Positions 28,801 to 42,872 of a DNA stretch of 64,000 nt are shown here, one piece after another. Each line of letters starts with the position of its first letter. The stretch's first letter is position 1. Made by a program: the position numbers and the translations under genes. The stretch lies in contig OX597819.1 of assembly GCA_951406725.2 (NCBI GenBank), positions 6,758,001-6,822,000 of the forward strand, given 5' to 3'. The DNA is from Octopus vulgaris (taxonomy: Eukaryota). The notes under the pieces are model-generated. The model was not told where the DNA came from and searched no databases. It saw only the letters and a list, made by a program, of their open reading frames with translations.

Positions 28801-29663
28801 TATGATTAGATTATACCATATAGAAAAAAATTAAATATACGATCAAACATATACCAATATAACTGAAGGCGTAAATTTTGCATGAATGGTATATGATAAC
28901 AGAGGTAAGATTAACGTAATGTAGTGAGTTGAAAAAAATCTCTCTCCTATTTTTAATTAACTCTAATCAATTAAGGCAAAGAAGACTCTGAAACTGAGAT
29001 AGAATGGATACCAACAGTAGTTTTGATCTTTGACAAGCTGGTAAGTAAAGCGACAACTCCAGATATATATTCTTATCTTGGTAGACCTCCTTATTCAAGC
29101 AAAATTTTAACAATGCTTGCCTGGTCTCAGAGGAGTGAGGGATATAAAAATTTTGATTGTATGAATATTGCTGGATTCGACAGTTTAGAATACGAAATGA
29201 GGAAGCATCAGAGTGTGTGACATCGTCTGTACGAAGACCATATAACTGTTCTTCATTCAATTTTTAATTAATATAGAATTCTGAGAGGTCTTTATTGCCT
29301 TCTTTGGTGAGATTTAAAACCCTCATAAATATGCGTACGTCATACAGAGAAGTTGGTGATATTTCTTTAACTTCCTATTTCTTTGAACGATTATCGAGCA
29401 AAATATTTATTTTTCTCAATTAATTTGGTAGGCGAAAATGTAAAACGTCGTAAAGATGGTAAAGTTGTTAGTCTAATTGCTGAAGATCTAAACCCTTCTG
29501 CGTGAATCTTTTTAATTTTTGCATGTCTGGGATTGTGTGCATGTGAATCATGTGTGTAGATGTCTACGCTTATCACTATGTAACAGATTATATAAATGCA
29601 TCTAAATATGCGTGTGTATGCGATGCATACACACACACACACACACACCATGTATGTATATAT

Positions 29664-29825
29664 ATCATCATCATCATTTAACGTCCATTTTCCATGCGGG
29701 CATGGGTTGAACGGTTTGGTTGAAGATTGGTTAGCTGAGGTTTCAATCTGATTTGACATGGTTTCTACAACTGGATGACCTTCCTAACACCAACCACTTC
29801 AAGACTGTAGTAACTGCTTTTTACA
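29664..29825 (-). mobile_element. RTE-type SINE/LINE 3' tail
   Basis: ...catggaaaatggacgttaaatgatgatgatg tail. Confidence 0.55.
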
Positions 29826-31099
29826 TACGAGGAGTTTTCGTCAGGTAGGCTCAGAATAACAAGTATTCACTCTAAATGGTCAATTTGGTATGCCAGTAAA
29901 ATTCCGGTTTGAACTGCGATTGAACTACGGATCTTGTAACTGCCTTCTTGAATCGGGTAGAAGTGGCTTCCTCTTTCCTAACCTCTCACAAAATCACAAC
30001 ACTATGGATGACTTAGTAAATGTGCTATCCTGGTCCGTAGAAACGATATTGTGCAGGATATTAAATGCCATTAACATTCCACTGGTGACATTCCAGCCAA
30101 AATGCTATAACTCTTATATCGCTAACAACTGTCTGCAAGACATTTCGGACAGAATTGAGACCACCGAGAGAAGGGAGTTTGATGATGCAGAAAAAGAAAT
30201 GTAGAAATGCACTTACACCACTACTACCGGAAGTTTTCGTTGGCTATTGATATATTTTTGTGTTATTTTACACAGTACATCCATGAGAGGTACAATCTCC
30301 GAACAAATACCGCAGTAAACTTGACTTTCCTAGACGCATTTGCACTAAGTGTAATACACAGATTACTATTTTAATCTAGTACTACTTCTGGTGTATATAA
30401 CGAGAGTGTGTCTGCTTGTGTGTATCTGCTTATATTTTGTAGCAAACCTGAAATTATCAATAGTGTAAGAAACTTCATACGTCCAATTTTCTATATATAT
30501 TTGCATTACAATAAAAACAGATGTCATTATAACTTCATACAAAAAGTTTTACATAGAAAAATTTATTCCAGTTAAATTTAACAAAATGTCGTCCTACTTA
30601 TTCAGTACGTATTTGTTGCGATACTCAGATCAACAACTACTAACAAAGACATGAAGTACAATAACAGAAACTTGGCATCTGTATACAGGCTGGCAAACAA
30701 GCAAATTATCACATAATGTTGCTAATCTAGTCATGCAGAACGAACCCCATACCAAATCAGAGATTTTACTCTTCCTTTAAAACTCCTTTTGTGCTTTGCT
30801 TTCAATACTAATTCTCTCTGCAAACAGGAAATAACATTAAGGCCTAGATTGACAAGAATTGTCAATCTAGGTCTTAATACATATTTTCTTAAGCAGTTAC
30901 AATCTTTCGCTTTTACAAGCTTGACGCCTGAAAATAGATTATTTCCTTCAAGCCAATGCATTTCACCGAGTAGTTAAGATTGGTATTGCATCTACACATA
31001 TACATACACACACCACTTACACAGACACATATATGTTTGTGAATATGTTTTTATTATAAATATCTAAATTTTTGACCACACACACATACACACACAGAC

Positions 31100-31161
<62 letters not shown>

Positions 31162-31430
31162 TCAATATAAAATAGTGTACATTTAAACACAAGAGAGACT
31201 GCCGTCAACAAGCCCTTTTACACGCTAGAAGTAGTCAAAATGACCAAAACCACATTTAAGGGCAATCTTCAAAAAGAATGAAAAATAAAAACTTTTACCT
31301 TGTTATTTTATTACGGTCGCACCTAGGTTTCAAAATTGTTTGAACAAATGAAATAATTTGCTAAGCGAATTTTTCATCAGTGACCGCGCCATAACACAAA
31401 CATATAATTAAGAGACGAATAACTCGAATC

Positions 31431-31518
31431 TCATCGTTATACATTATAATTTTTGAAACTCACCGACTGAAACTGCGCTTGCGCGGTGATTTTGAAAAGT
31501 TATAATGTATAACGATGA
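31431..31518. repeat. 88-bp palindrome
   Basis: tcatcgttatacattataa...tcaccg / cggtga...ttataatgtataacgatga. Confidence 0.75.
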
Positions 31519-32105
31519 AACACAGATAAAAATATCCTTGCATCTATTGTTAAAACCAAATCTGTTCAGAAATACATTGATAAAATTTATTCAGTGGAAG
31601 CTTGAAGATGCCTTATATATAAACAAGTTATAAACGTATGTTTATGCATGTGTATGTTTGTTTATAATGATACTCAAACACACATATACATGTGCACGTC
31701 ACACACACACACATACATACACACACACGCACACACAACCACACACATACACACATACATACATACACACACACGCACACACAACCACACACACATACAT
31801 GTAATGCTGCATACTGAAATGTAGGTTACTTTATCGGAGAACAACTTTTCCCTATAGACCATATATGTAAATATCACATTTCTTCCAACGATTATAACTA
31901 GACTACTAGACTACTGTGATACAAATTATGGAGCTACTTGCACAGAGAAACAGGATTAGGTCACTTAGAATATGGAAGTCAAAGGACGGAGTGGTAATAA
32001 TTATTATTAAAACAATGAGTCGAACAAGGAACACTTTGTTTCATCTGAAGACTCATCAGTGATAGACTAGCAAGTAATAGGTAGATAGGTAGGTAGGCAG
32101 GCAGG

Positions 32106-32181
<76 letters not shown>

Positions 32182-32299
32182 GGAACAAAAGGGACTGTAG
32201 TGAAGATAATGGTGATAAAGTTGGTTATGCAGTCGATGTGCAAAAAGTACTATGTATGATGATCATAGTAGGGATTATAATAATAACAATAATAACAAT

Positions 32300-32520
32300 A
32301 ATAGTCCGTTCTACTATAGGCACAAGGCCTGGAATTTTGGTGAGATGGGGGTAATCGATTACATCGACTCCAGTACTCAAGTGGTACTTATTTTATCGAC
32401 CACGGAAAGATGAAAAGCAAAGTCAACTTCGGCAGAATTTGAACTCAGAACGTAATGACGAACGAAATACCGCTAAGCATTTTGCCCGGCGTGTAAACTA
32501 TTTTACCATCTCGCCGGCTT
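32300..32520 (-). mobile_element. Old SINE B-related copy
   Basis: Diverged family B body with a different tail (ggccttgtgcctatagtaga). Confidence 0.75.
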
Positions 32521-32573
32521 AACAGTAAAAACACACAGGAGCAGCAAAAGCATCATCATCAACAACAACAACA

Positions 32574-34651
32574 TAAGAAGAACAAGAACAAGAACAAGAA
32601 CAAGAAGAGGAAGAACAAGAACGAGAACAAGAACAAAAAGAAGAAGTACAAGCACAAGAAGAAGAAGAACAACAAAAAGAACAAGAACAAGAAGAAGAAG
32701 AAGAAGAAGAAGAAGAAGAAGAAGAAGAAGAAGAAGAAGAAGAAGAAGAAGAAGAAGAAGAAGAAGAAGAAGAAGAAGAAGAAGAAGAAGAAGAAGAAGA
32801 AGAAGAAGAAGAAGAAGAAGAAGAAGAAGAAGAAGAAGAAGAAGAAGAAGAAGAAGAAGAAGAAGAAGAAGAAGAAGAAGAAGAAGAAGAAGAAGAAGAA
32901 GAAGAAGAAGAAGAAGAAGAAGAAGAAGAAGAAGAAGAAGAAGAAGAAGAAGAAGAAGAAGAAGAAGAAGAAGAAGAAGAAGAAGAAGAAGAAGAAGAAG
33001 AAGAAGAAGAAGAAGAAGAAGAAGAAGAAGAAGAAGAAGAAGAAGAAGAAGAAGAAGAAGAAGAAGAAGAAGAAGAAGAAGAAGAAGAAGAAGAAGAAGA
33101 AGAAGAAGAAGAAGAAGAAGAAGAAGAAGAAGAAGAAGAAGAAGAAGAAGAAGAAGAAGAAGAAGAAGAAGAAGAAGAAGAAGAAGAAGAAGAAGAAGAA
33201 GAAGAAGAAGAAGAAGAAGAAGAAGAAGAAGAAGAAGAAGAAGAAGAAGAAGAAGAAGAAGAAGAAGAAGAAGAAGAAGAAGAAGAAGAAGAAGAAGAAG
33301 AAGAAGAAGAAGAAGAAGAAGAAGAAGAAGAAGAAGAAGAAGAAGAAGAAGAAGAAGAAGAAGAGAGAAGAAGAAGAAGAAGAAGAAGAAGAAGAAGAAG
33401 AAGAAGAAGAAGAAGAAGAAGAAGAAGAAGAAGAAGAAGAAGAAGAAGAAGAAGAAGAAGAAGAAGAAGAAGAAGAAGAAGAAGAAGAAGAAGAAGAAGA
33501 AGAAGAAGAAGAAGAAGAAGAAGAAGAAGAAGAAGAAGAAGAAGAAGAAGAAGAAGAAGAAGAAGAAGAAGAAGAAGAAGAAGAAGAAGAAGAAGAAGAA
33601 GAAGAAGAAGAAGAAGAAGAAGAAGAAGAAGAAGAAGAAGAAGAAGAAGAAGAAGAAGAAGAAGAAGAAGAAGAAGAAGAAGAAGAAGAAGAAGAAGAAG
33701 AAGAAGAAGAAGAAGAAGAAGAAGAAGAAGAAGAAGAAGAAGAAGAAGAAGAAGAAGAAGAAGAAGAAGAAGAAGAAGAAGAAGAAGAAGAAGAAGAAGA
33801 AGAAGAAGAAGAAGAAGAAGAAGAAGAAGAAGAAGAAGAAGAAGAAGAAGAAGAAGAAGAAGAAGAAGAAGAAGAAGAAGAAGAAGAAGAAGAAGAAGAA
33901 GAAGAAGAAGAAGAAGAAGAAGAAGAAGAAGAAGAAGAAGAAGAAGAAGAAGAAGAAGAAGAAGAAGAAGAAGAAGAAGAAGAAGAAGAAGAAGAAGAAG
34001 AAGAAGAAGAAGAAGAAGAAGAAGAAGAAGAAGAAGAAGAAGAAGAAGAAGAAGAAGAAGAAGAAGAAGAAGAAGAAGAAGAAGAAGAAGAAGAAGAAGA
34101 AGAAGAAGAAGAAGAAGAAGAAGAAGAAGAAGAAGAAGAAGAAGAAGAAGAAGAAGAAGAAGAAGAAGAAGAAGAAGAAGAAGAAGAAGAAGAAGAAGAA
34201 GAAGAAGAAGAAGAAGAAGAAGAAGAAGAAGAAGAAGAAGAAGAAGAAGAAGAAGAAGAAGAAGAAGAAGAAGAAGAAGAAGAAGAAGAAGAAGAAGAAG
34301 AAGAAGAAGAAGAAGAAGAAGAAGAAGAAGAAGAAGAAGAAGAAGAAGAAGAAGAAGAAGAAGAAGAAGAAGAAGAAGAAGAAGAAGAAGAAGAAGAAGA
34401 AGAAGAAGAAGAAGAAGAAGAAGAAGAAGAAGAAGAAGAAGAAGAAGAAGAAGAAGAAGAAGAAGAAGAAGAAGAAGAAGAAGAAGAAGAAGAAGAAGAA
34501 GAAGAAGAAGAAGAAGAAGAAGAAGAAGAAGAAGAAGAAGAAGAAGAAGAAGAAGAAGAAGAAGAAGAAGAAGAAGAAGAAGAAGAAGAAGAAGAAGAAG
34601 AAGAAGAAGAAGAAGAAGAAGAAGAAGAAGAAGAAGAAGAAGAAGAAGAAG

Positions 34652-34683
<32 letters not shown>

Positions 34684-34700
34684 GAAGTAGAAGAACAACA
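32574..34700. repeat. ~2 kb (AAG)n/(CTT)n microsatellite
   Basis: Pure from ~32690 to 34681 except one single-base slip near 33365; degenerate flanks. Confidence 0.98.
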
Positions 34701-35031
34701 AGAAGAATGGTGGAAGTGGCGATAGGAGGTAGCTGGGTTTCTTTAGCCTAGTCATGAGGATAGAAAGGAGTATGTAAGGCTTTCACTATGGACATGACAA
34801 GCATATAAACATATACAAACCAGCGCGTGCACGCGCACACTAATATGAATATGTATATATTTGCAAATGTGCATAAACATTCAAAACCAAGCGCAAGCTC
34901 GTACACGCACAGACCCATACACACACACATACATATACACACAGAAGCACACACTCACGAAAGAGGTGATGGTCATGGATATTTTGATAATAACGGTCAT
35001 GGTGGTCATGGATATTTTAATAATAAAATAT

Positions 35032-35796
35032 AAGGTGGCGAGCTGGCAGAAATGCGCAGCCGTATTTCGTCTGCCGTTACGTTCTGAGTTCAAATTCCGC
35101 CGAGGTCGACTTTGCCTTTCATCCTTTCGTGGTCGATAAATTAAGTACCAGTTACGCACTGGGGTCGATATAATCGACTTAATCCGTTTGTCTGTCCTTG
35201 TTTATTCTTTCTGTGTGTAGCCCATTGTGGGTAGTAAAGAAATAGGTATTTCGTCTGCCGTTACGTTCTGAGTTCAAATTCCGCCGAGGTCGACTTTGCC
35301 TTTCATCCTTTCGTGGTCGATAAATTAAGTACCAGTTACGCACTGGGGTCGATATAATCGACTTAATCCGTTTGTCTGTCCTTGTTTATTCTTTCTGTGT
35401 GTAGCCCATTGTGGGTAGTAAAGAAATAGGTATTTCGTCTGCCGTTACGTTCTGAGTTCAAATTCCGCCGAGGTCGACTTTGCCTTTCATCCTTTCGTGG
35501 TCGATAAATTAAGTACCAGTTACGCACTGGGGTCGATATAATCGACTTAATCCGTTTGTCTGTCCTTGTTTATTCTTTCTGTGTGTAGCCCATTGTGGGT
35601 AGTAAAGAAATAGGTATTTCGTCTGCCGTTACGTTCTGAGTTCAAATTCCGCCGAGGTCGACTTTGCCTTTCATCCTTTCGTGGTCGATTAAATAAGCAC
35701 CAGTTACGCACTGGGGTCGATATAATCGACTTAATCCGTTTGTCTGTCCTTGTTTGTCCCCTCTGTGTTTAGCCCCTTGTGGGTAGTAAAGAAATA
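35032..35796 (+). mobile_element. Tandem array of four SINE B units (184 bp period)
   Basis: Junction aataggtatttcg at 35241, 35425 and 35609. Confidence 0.9.
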
Positions 35797-36288
35797 GATA
35801 TTTTAATAATAACAACAGTGATAATAAACACGCATGCGTGCATGATAGATGCAACTCGATTCGATCAAATGCCATCTTTTGAGTGTTCTTTTAAAAGAGA
35901 TCGGCACGGATGTGGCTGTCCAGTGTTGCGTGTGACCTATACCATTTTGCTCGGAGATGTCAATGGTGGATGCCTCTTGCAACAGGTGTTCAGAAAGAGC
36001 TCACCACCAACGCTGACGCACGCCTTCATTCCATCATAGGAGTTCTCATGGAAGGTGTAGTCTTTCCCGGCTACGGCAAACCATAGTATGCAGCACATAA
36101 CAGAGATATCTAATATCGAGTGGCGCCAGTGCCTGAAGCTTATTAAAAGAAAGAAATACATTACCCAGAGTAATCTCACTCTCTGAAGAACATGCATTTG
36201 ACCAAAAAAGAACTTCCCTATATCATTGGATACAGAAATAAAATTGCAGGTGTTAGATCAGCGTTTTCCATCTAAACAAAGATTGTGG

Positions 36289-36289
<1 letters not shown>

Positions 36290-36364
<75 letters not shown>

Positions 36365-36385
36365 TTGTCTTTCTCTCTCTCCCTC

Positions 36386-36418
<33 letters not shown>
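36290..36418. repeat. (CT)n microsatellite
   Basis: Read directly. Confidence 0.95.
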
Positions 36419-37228
36419 TACAGCTATTGGATGGCCAATGACTCTATTGAGTTCATTGTCTCTTTGACAGGGGTTTATTTTTCATTTTGTTGGGTATCCA
36501 ACTAGAACCATCTACTTTATATGCAGTTCTTGAGTTAACAATACTCCACTGAATGCTTCGCAATGTAAACAGCATTTTTCGTGAACGATTAAGTAACGAA
36601 AGCTGTGTCTCTACAAAATTTTAAAACAACCTATTAATTATTTGATTCAATTTATAATTTTATGATTTCGGTTTTTCCTTTAGACCGGTTGATTTCGAAT
36701 TATCACCACTAATACATCTGAAAATATGTTAACAAAAATACTCATACATGTAGATTCAATATCACATACGCACACGCATCTATATAAAATCTATATTAAT
36801 TTGTTAAACAAATTTCATTAAGTAAATATTTGTTTGTTTGCCTTCGAGTGGTATATATCGGTGTTAATCATATAGTCTATTGAAATAAACATTCAGATCG
36901 GTTTTATGTGAGTGCATATAAATATATGTATAAATATATGTCTCTCTATGTATAACTACATATATGGTTGGGCATACGCGCACATGCTTGTGTGGGCTTG
37001 CACATGTACATACGCAACTTAGCGATTTGAATTTTAATGTAAATGAAACAAGACATTATAAACACTAAACTAAGACACAAAATGCGAACGCTCTCCGAAG
37101 GGAATCTAAGCTCTTATTAAGACGAGTATAAGGATAACTTGTTTAAAGTTAGTGCTGACAATTTCATTTCACACACACACACATACACACATATATATCA
37201 ATGTGTATGTACATATATATATATATAT

Positions 37229-37633
37229 GGCGCAGGAGTGGCTTGCTTACCAACCACATGGGTCCGGGTTCAAACCCACTGCGTGGCACCTTGGGCAAGT
37301 GTCTTCTACTATAGCCTCGGGCCGACCAATGCCTTGTGAGTGGATTTGGTAGACGGAAACTGAAAGAAGCCCGTCGTATATATGTATATATATATATGTG
37401 TGCGTGTGTGTTTGTGTGTCTGTGTTTGTCCCCCTAGCATTGCTTGACAACCGATGCTCGTGTGTTTATGTCCTCGTCATTAGCGGTTCGGTAAAAAGGG
37501 ACCGATAGAATAAGTACTGGGCTTACAAAAAGAATAAGTCCCGGGGTCGATTTGCTCGATTAAAGGCAGTGCTCCAGCATGGCCGCAGTCAAATGACTGA
37601 AACAAGTAAAAGAGTAAAAGAGAGTAAAGAGTA
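37229..37633 (+). mobile_element. SINE family A, near full length
   Basis: Family A match with a small head deletion. Confidence 0.9.
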
Positions 37634-37784
37634 TATATATATTTGTTTAGTTATTTTGAATAAAAAACCTCATAACGCGCGTTGAAGAGCCCTTACGTAT
37701 TTTGTTCGGTTACCACATGTTATTTTATCTCGCGGCATCTACATGTAAGGTTATACATGTGGAACTCCTTTCCACGTACGATTA

Positions 37785-37867
<83 letters not shown>

Positions 37868-37869
<2 letters not shown>

Positions 37870-38323
37870 CGTATCTGTCAAGACCTACCAAAAACTGAGC
37901 AAATATAAAGATCTTGAAATAGAAATCAGTAAAATGTGGAAGCTGAAGACTAAAACAATACCTGTTGTCATAGGTGCCCTGGGAATGATAGCAAAAGGGG
38001 CAGATAGCTACCTAACTCAGATACCAGGAAACCCAAAAATGGCAGAAATTCAAAAGATAGTGCTCATGGGAACTGCTCATATCCTACGCAAAATACTTTC
38101 TATGTAATCTCAAGGTTTAAAACAAACATAATTTTCGGTTTAAAAAAAAAAAAAAAAAAAAAAAAAATTTTTTTAGACATTCATTAGTACAACACCCCCA
38201 CCCCCCAAATATATGGCACACTAGGCATAACAACAACATGAACTTCCAACCCTGTTGTCTCTTGAGGTCTCTGGGTGAGACTTGGAGCCAACTTGTACAA
38301 ATATAAAGCAAAAGTCAAACATA

Positions 38324-38324
<1 letters not shown>
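37868..38324 (+). mobile_element. R4/Dong-like non-LTR retrotransposon 3' end in (TAA)n
   Basis: KLSKYKDLEIEISKMW..TIPVVIGALG..IQKIVLMGTAHILRK (restriction-like endonuclease C-terminus), 3' UTR, (AAT)n on both sides. Confidence 0.85.
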
Positions 38325-38361
<37 letters not shown>

Positions 38362-38429
38362 TAACACCAAAAGGAAGTCAACAAACCTTAAAAGTAGATC
38401 ACGGCTTATGTTTCTGTTTCGCGGTTCAT

Positions 38430-39560
38430 ATTAAGAATAATCTCGCATAATGCTACACCAATATGAAACCTTGCCAAAGTAGATCTGCTGTGCAGAAGCA
38501 CACACAAATCTTACATAGTTATTATCACGTTTTGGGGAAATGTCGTAAACTAGTATTTTTCCATCTAATTTTATATCGTGTACTGCATTATAATGAGTTG
38601 CAATGAGTAATACGATACACTGGTCAAACTCACTCCACTTCATGCTAAATAACATGATACTTTTCAACTTAGATTCATCTTTTCTCTTCTTCCAAATGGC
38701 TGTATTCCGATTTTTACCTGCTGTCCAAGATAAACCTAGTTTATTTGTTGTTATTGAATAATGGTTGACTTTACTGGGGCATGGTTATTCAACATACTTT
38801 TAGTATCTCGCCTCCTTACTTTCACTGTTCACTATATTAAACATATGTGTTGCATATAAAAAGCTTAGATTCTCGACCCCATGTCGAATTTATCGATGAT
38901 TTTCAGAACTGGGGAAACTTTTCAAAATTTTAGCTGCGTTAGTTTTGAATTATGACATTGGGCTATGTCTGTGTCAAGTTTCATCAGAATCGGTTGAAAG
39001 CCGTGGTCAGGGTGAGGGTACAACCTGACAGACACACCGACAGACAAACTGCCGTTTATATATAGAGAGATGCTCTCAAGCCATAGATTTGCTAAATGAT
39101 CTCTTAATCTCTATATAATTTTGACGTATTCTCTGTTCAATGAGAGCTCCAAAGAGCTCAGCGTTATCGAACGAATGTTTTCAGGATGCTGATGGGATTA
39201 TAGAATTTGCAATATGTAATGTCATATTACTTATCTTAAAGTATGATGATATCATTGCTCCAGCTGTCATAGATTTCATTTGAATAATTTATATATTCTT
39301 CTCAAGAGAATGTTATCAACAAATCGGATCCCCTCCTTCTGTTTGAAGACTCAGGGAGCACTTCGTCTGTACTTCGTGCCATTCCGATTTTCACGCCTTC
39401 CAACAGATTACTAATTTCGTCATTTCATATATGTGACATTTCAATCAAAGACTCTCCTATGTCATTCAAGCTACTTGATTTAGCAGGGCTATTTCCCACA
39501 ACTTGAGGATTCGATTATAGTGTTTGCTGGCTGTACTGGATCATCTTGGTAAGTAAAGAG
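38430..39560 (-). mobile_element. Decayed LINE RT remnant interrupted by a Helitron fragment
   Basis: EISNLLEGVKIGMARSTDEVLPE resembles K.GKA.G.D.I.PE; N.YNPISIL resembles NYRPISLL; downstream DIKLDGKILVYDISPK. Confidence 0.45.
38870..39070 (-). mobile_element. Helitron-like non-autonomous 5' fragment
   Basis: A|TCTCTCTATATATAAACGGCAG..tgtctgtc..accgattctgatgaaacttgacac; no 3' CTAG end found. Confidence 0.55.
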
Positions 39561-39639
39561 TAACGCGACAGTAGCAGTCGTAAGCCCAAAACTCCAGGAC
39601 ACAATACACCACTGGCTATATATAGTGTGAGTATGAGCG

Positions 39640-39725
<86 letters not shown>

Positions 39726-39746
39726 CCATTCTTGTTGCTTTTTTCT

Positions 39747-39789
<43 letters not shown>

Positions 39790-39812
39790 TCTCAAGCCAT
39801 AGATTTGCTAAA

Positions 39813-39848
<36 letters not shown>

Positions 39849-39882
39849 TATATAAATAAATCCATTCTTGTTGCTTTTTTCT

Positions 39883-39926
<44 letters not shown>

Positions 39927-40173
39927 TACGGGTGTGTGTGATTGTGTATAGAAGAATATATTAATAAAAGGAATTCCAACCTTGTCTGGTTTTAACGTTT
40001 TATTTACAATCTTATAATGATATAATATAAGATAATATAATATAATAAAATAAAATAAAATAATAGAATGTTAAATGTTCATTCTGATTGAACTAGTACT
40101 TTCATGCATTAAATTATGCAATCTTCAGGTTCATGTAGTAGTGGTGACAGTCATGCTTCACAATTTTTGACTG

Positions 40174-40212
<39 letters not shown>

Positions 40213-40279
40213 TGTCTGTCTGTCGGTGTGTATGTCTGTCTGTCTGACTGTGTGTCTGTCTGTCTGTCTGTCTGTCTGA

Positions 40280-40315
<36 letters not shown>

Positions 40316-40695
40316 ACATATTGATACATATTTGTCGATTAACAAGGCAACCATGGTTTCATGTGAAGAGATTTACACAATTGTTTGAGCATGTCACATG
40401 GAAGTGTTGCTATTCGTCTCCTGGAGGCAAGTAGAAACATGAATTGTTAAGCTACAAATAAAGAATATTGTTGAGCACGCATTCGAAGTGTTCGATAGTA
40501 GCGTGTGTGTATGTGTGTGTATATGATTTACATATATGTGTTTGTGTGCACATAATACAAATAGATGCTGACCCATACATACAGACATACATACAGACAG
40601 ACAGACAGTCAGACAGACAGACAGACACACACACACACACACACACCGACAGACAGACAGACAGACAGATAGATAGATAGATGGATGGATGGATG

Positions 40696-40799
<104 letters not shown>

Positions 40800-40859
40800 T
40801 TTTTACGTTAAGATTTTCAAACGTGGATAAGAATATTCGATACGTGTATCTCTTATATT

Positions 40860-41187
40860 TGTTTCACTTATTTGACTGCGGCCATTCTGGTGCAATTGCC
40901 TTGTATGGTTTTAGTGAATCAAATCAACCGCAGGGCATTTTATTTTATCTCTAGTATTTATTATAGCGGTCTCTTTTTGCTGAACCTTAAGTTACGGAGA
41001 CATAAATACGACAGTACCGATTGTCAAGTGGTGTGGGGGATACAAAAGCAAACACAACGACACACATACATATATTCTACTATAGCCGGAGGCTTTAGTA
41101 GAAAACACTTTCCCAAAGTGTCACGCAGAGGGACTGAACCCCGGACCATGTGGTTTGGTTGCAAGCTTCTTATCAAATAGCACGCCT
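40860..41187 (-). mobile_element. Old SINE family A copy
   Basis: Diverged family A motifs. Confidence 0.7.
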
Positions 41188-41299
41188 ATTTTAATATAGT
41201 TTATGTAGTAAATTTTATCTAATTCGATAACTCATGCCTCAGCTACCCGGAGTTTCATGTGATACGCTTTGCTTTTTCAGGCTCTATGCAGTGAATATA

Positions 41300-41532
41300 T
41301 ATTTCTTTACTACCCACAAGGGGCTAAACACAGAGGGGACAAACAAGGACAGACAAAGCGATTAAGTCGATTCCATTGACCCCAGTGCGTAACTGGTACT
41401 TAATTTATCGACCCCGAAAGGATGAAAGGCAAAGTCGACCTCGGCGGAATTTGAACTCAGAACGTAACGGCAGACGAAATACGGCTTCGCATTTTGCCCG
41501 GCGTGCTACCGTTTCTGCCAGCTCACCGCCTT
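41300..41532 (-). mobile_element. SINE family B with TSD
   Basis: TSD tctatgcagtgaatata at 41283 and 41532. Confidence 0.92.
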
Positions 41533-42872
41533 CTATGCAGTGAATATACATGTATGTAGTTGGTTCTCTGTGTGTGTGTGCTGGCGAGCGTGCTTGCGTG
41601 CCTGTCCTGTCTGTCTACCTGCCTGCATGTGCGAATGTGTATACGTTTCGGAAATCCTAAAACCCTTTTCATAGATTTTGCTAGTATCACGCAGCAATAT
41701 TGTATCTGAAACTGATAGCGTGTTGACTACAGTATTCAATGCAATTCCGTTTTTATGTGTAATGTCTTTGTGTGTGCACCATCATTAATGACAGCGATCT
41801 CAACCTGAAATGTAACAGCATTCATCAAATTTCGATTTCTTAATGATTTTCTCTAGCTTTGGCCTGTTTTATCTACGCTTCCCTCCCATCACTACGGGGA
41901 AATGTTGAAGTTATGTCGAAAGGTTATAGATAAACAACTGAACATCTGATTACAATCATCCATTTTGCTTCCGTGCCTTCTAGATTACAATTCATCCATT
42001 TTGCTTCCGTACCTTCTAGACGAATGCGTTAACAATGATCTGGGATTAATTTAAAGGTTTCTACTTGCCGGTTCAACATTTAGTTCAATCGGTTCAAAAG
42101 TCCGGAAATACTAAAGACTGTTTTTTTTTTAAACTTTCACATGATACCTTATTGCATTTCACATTACAATAGCAATCATTTCATAAAAGATAATAAACTG
42201 TATAAATTCCAATTGAAAACTCGAATTAATGAGATACGGAATTCTTCTCTGAATATTAAATTCGAGCTCGTTGATTACTTCTATAGGAATATATGTAGAT
42301 ATTGATGACGATGAGAATCAATACTGTTGCATAATAGATGATGCATTACCTGAAGACATTCGAATAATGGATAAAGAGATCAATAGATTTAATTATCAGA
42401 TCTCTCGATGAATAACGAGAAAACAACTAACTGTTCTTCTAAGAAGGCTTATAGCCTCCTCGAAACTAACTTTAAAATAGAAACTGAATTATTAATAGCC
42501 GAAGAATCGAATCATCATGGAAGTGAATTTCAGAATGAATATTGTTTGATTTTTAAGAAGTTGGTGGGGTGGGATATTGAAGTCATGAAAGCCTGGAAAT
42601 GATATTGCTTGGGGCTACGCCTTATGAAAAGGAATCGCTCTCCTTTCTTGGGAGCAGCTACTAAATTTGATACATTTCTTTTAATTACAAGCATAAAATG
42701 ATTCATTGAGATGAATTTTCAGAATACGAAGGAAACACGTATATACCTCCAAGTTAACTGACACACTCGTAAATTACTGGTGTACGTACAACATGTGCGT
42801 CTGTACATACTGGTATGTATGTTATGTAAAAATACAACAAACACAAGCGTATATACGTATATATATATATAT

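Noticed and set aside
28967-29330. Minus-strand ORF adjacent to a PLE-like terminal segment
   Set aside because: No recognisable domain; may be a PLE N-terminal remnant but cannot be supported.
30470-30545. loxP-like ataacttcatac
   Set aside because: Partial half-site in AT-rich DNA with no inverted partner.
32018-32068. Minus-strand CTGATGA-GTC ttca GAT-GAAAC hammerhead core
   Set aside because: Core and stem II are present but stem I cannot form next to the cleavage site; at best a relic.
32503-34755. 750-aa poly-Phe/Leu ORF
   Set aside because: Translation of the (CTT)n tract.
42350-42375. CTGAAGA-CATT/AATG hairpin
   Set aside because: GAAA and stem III are absent.
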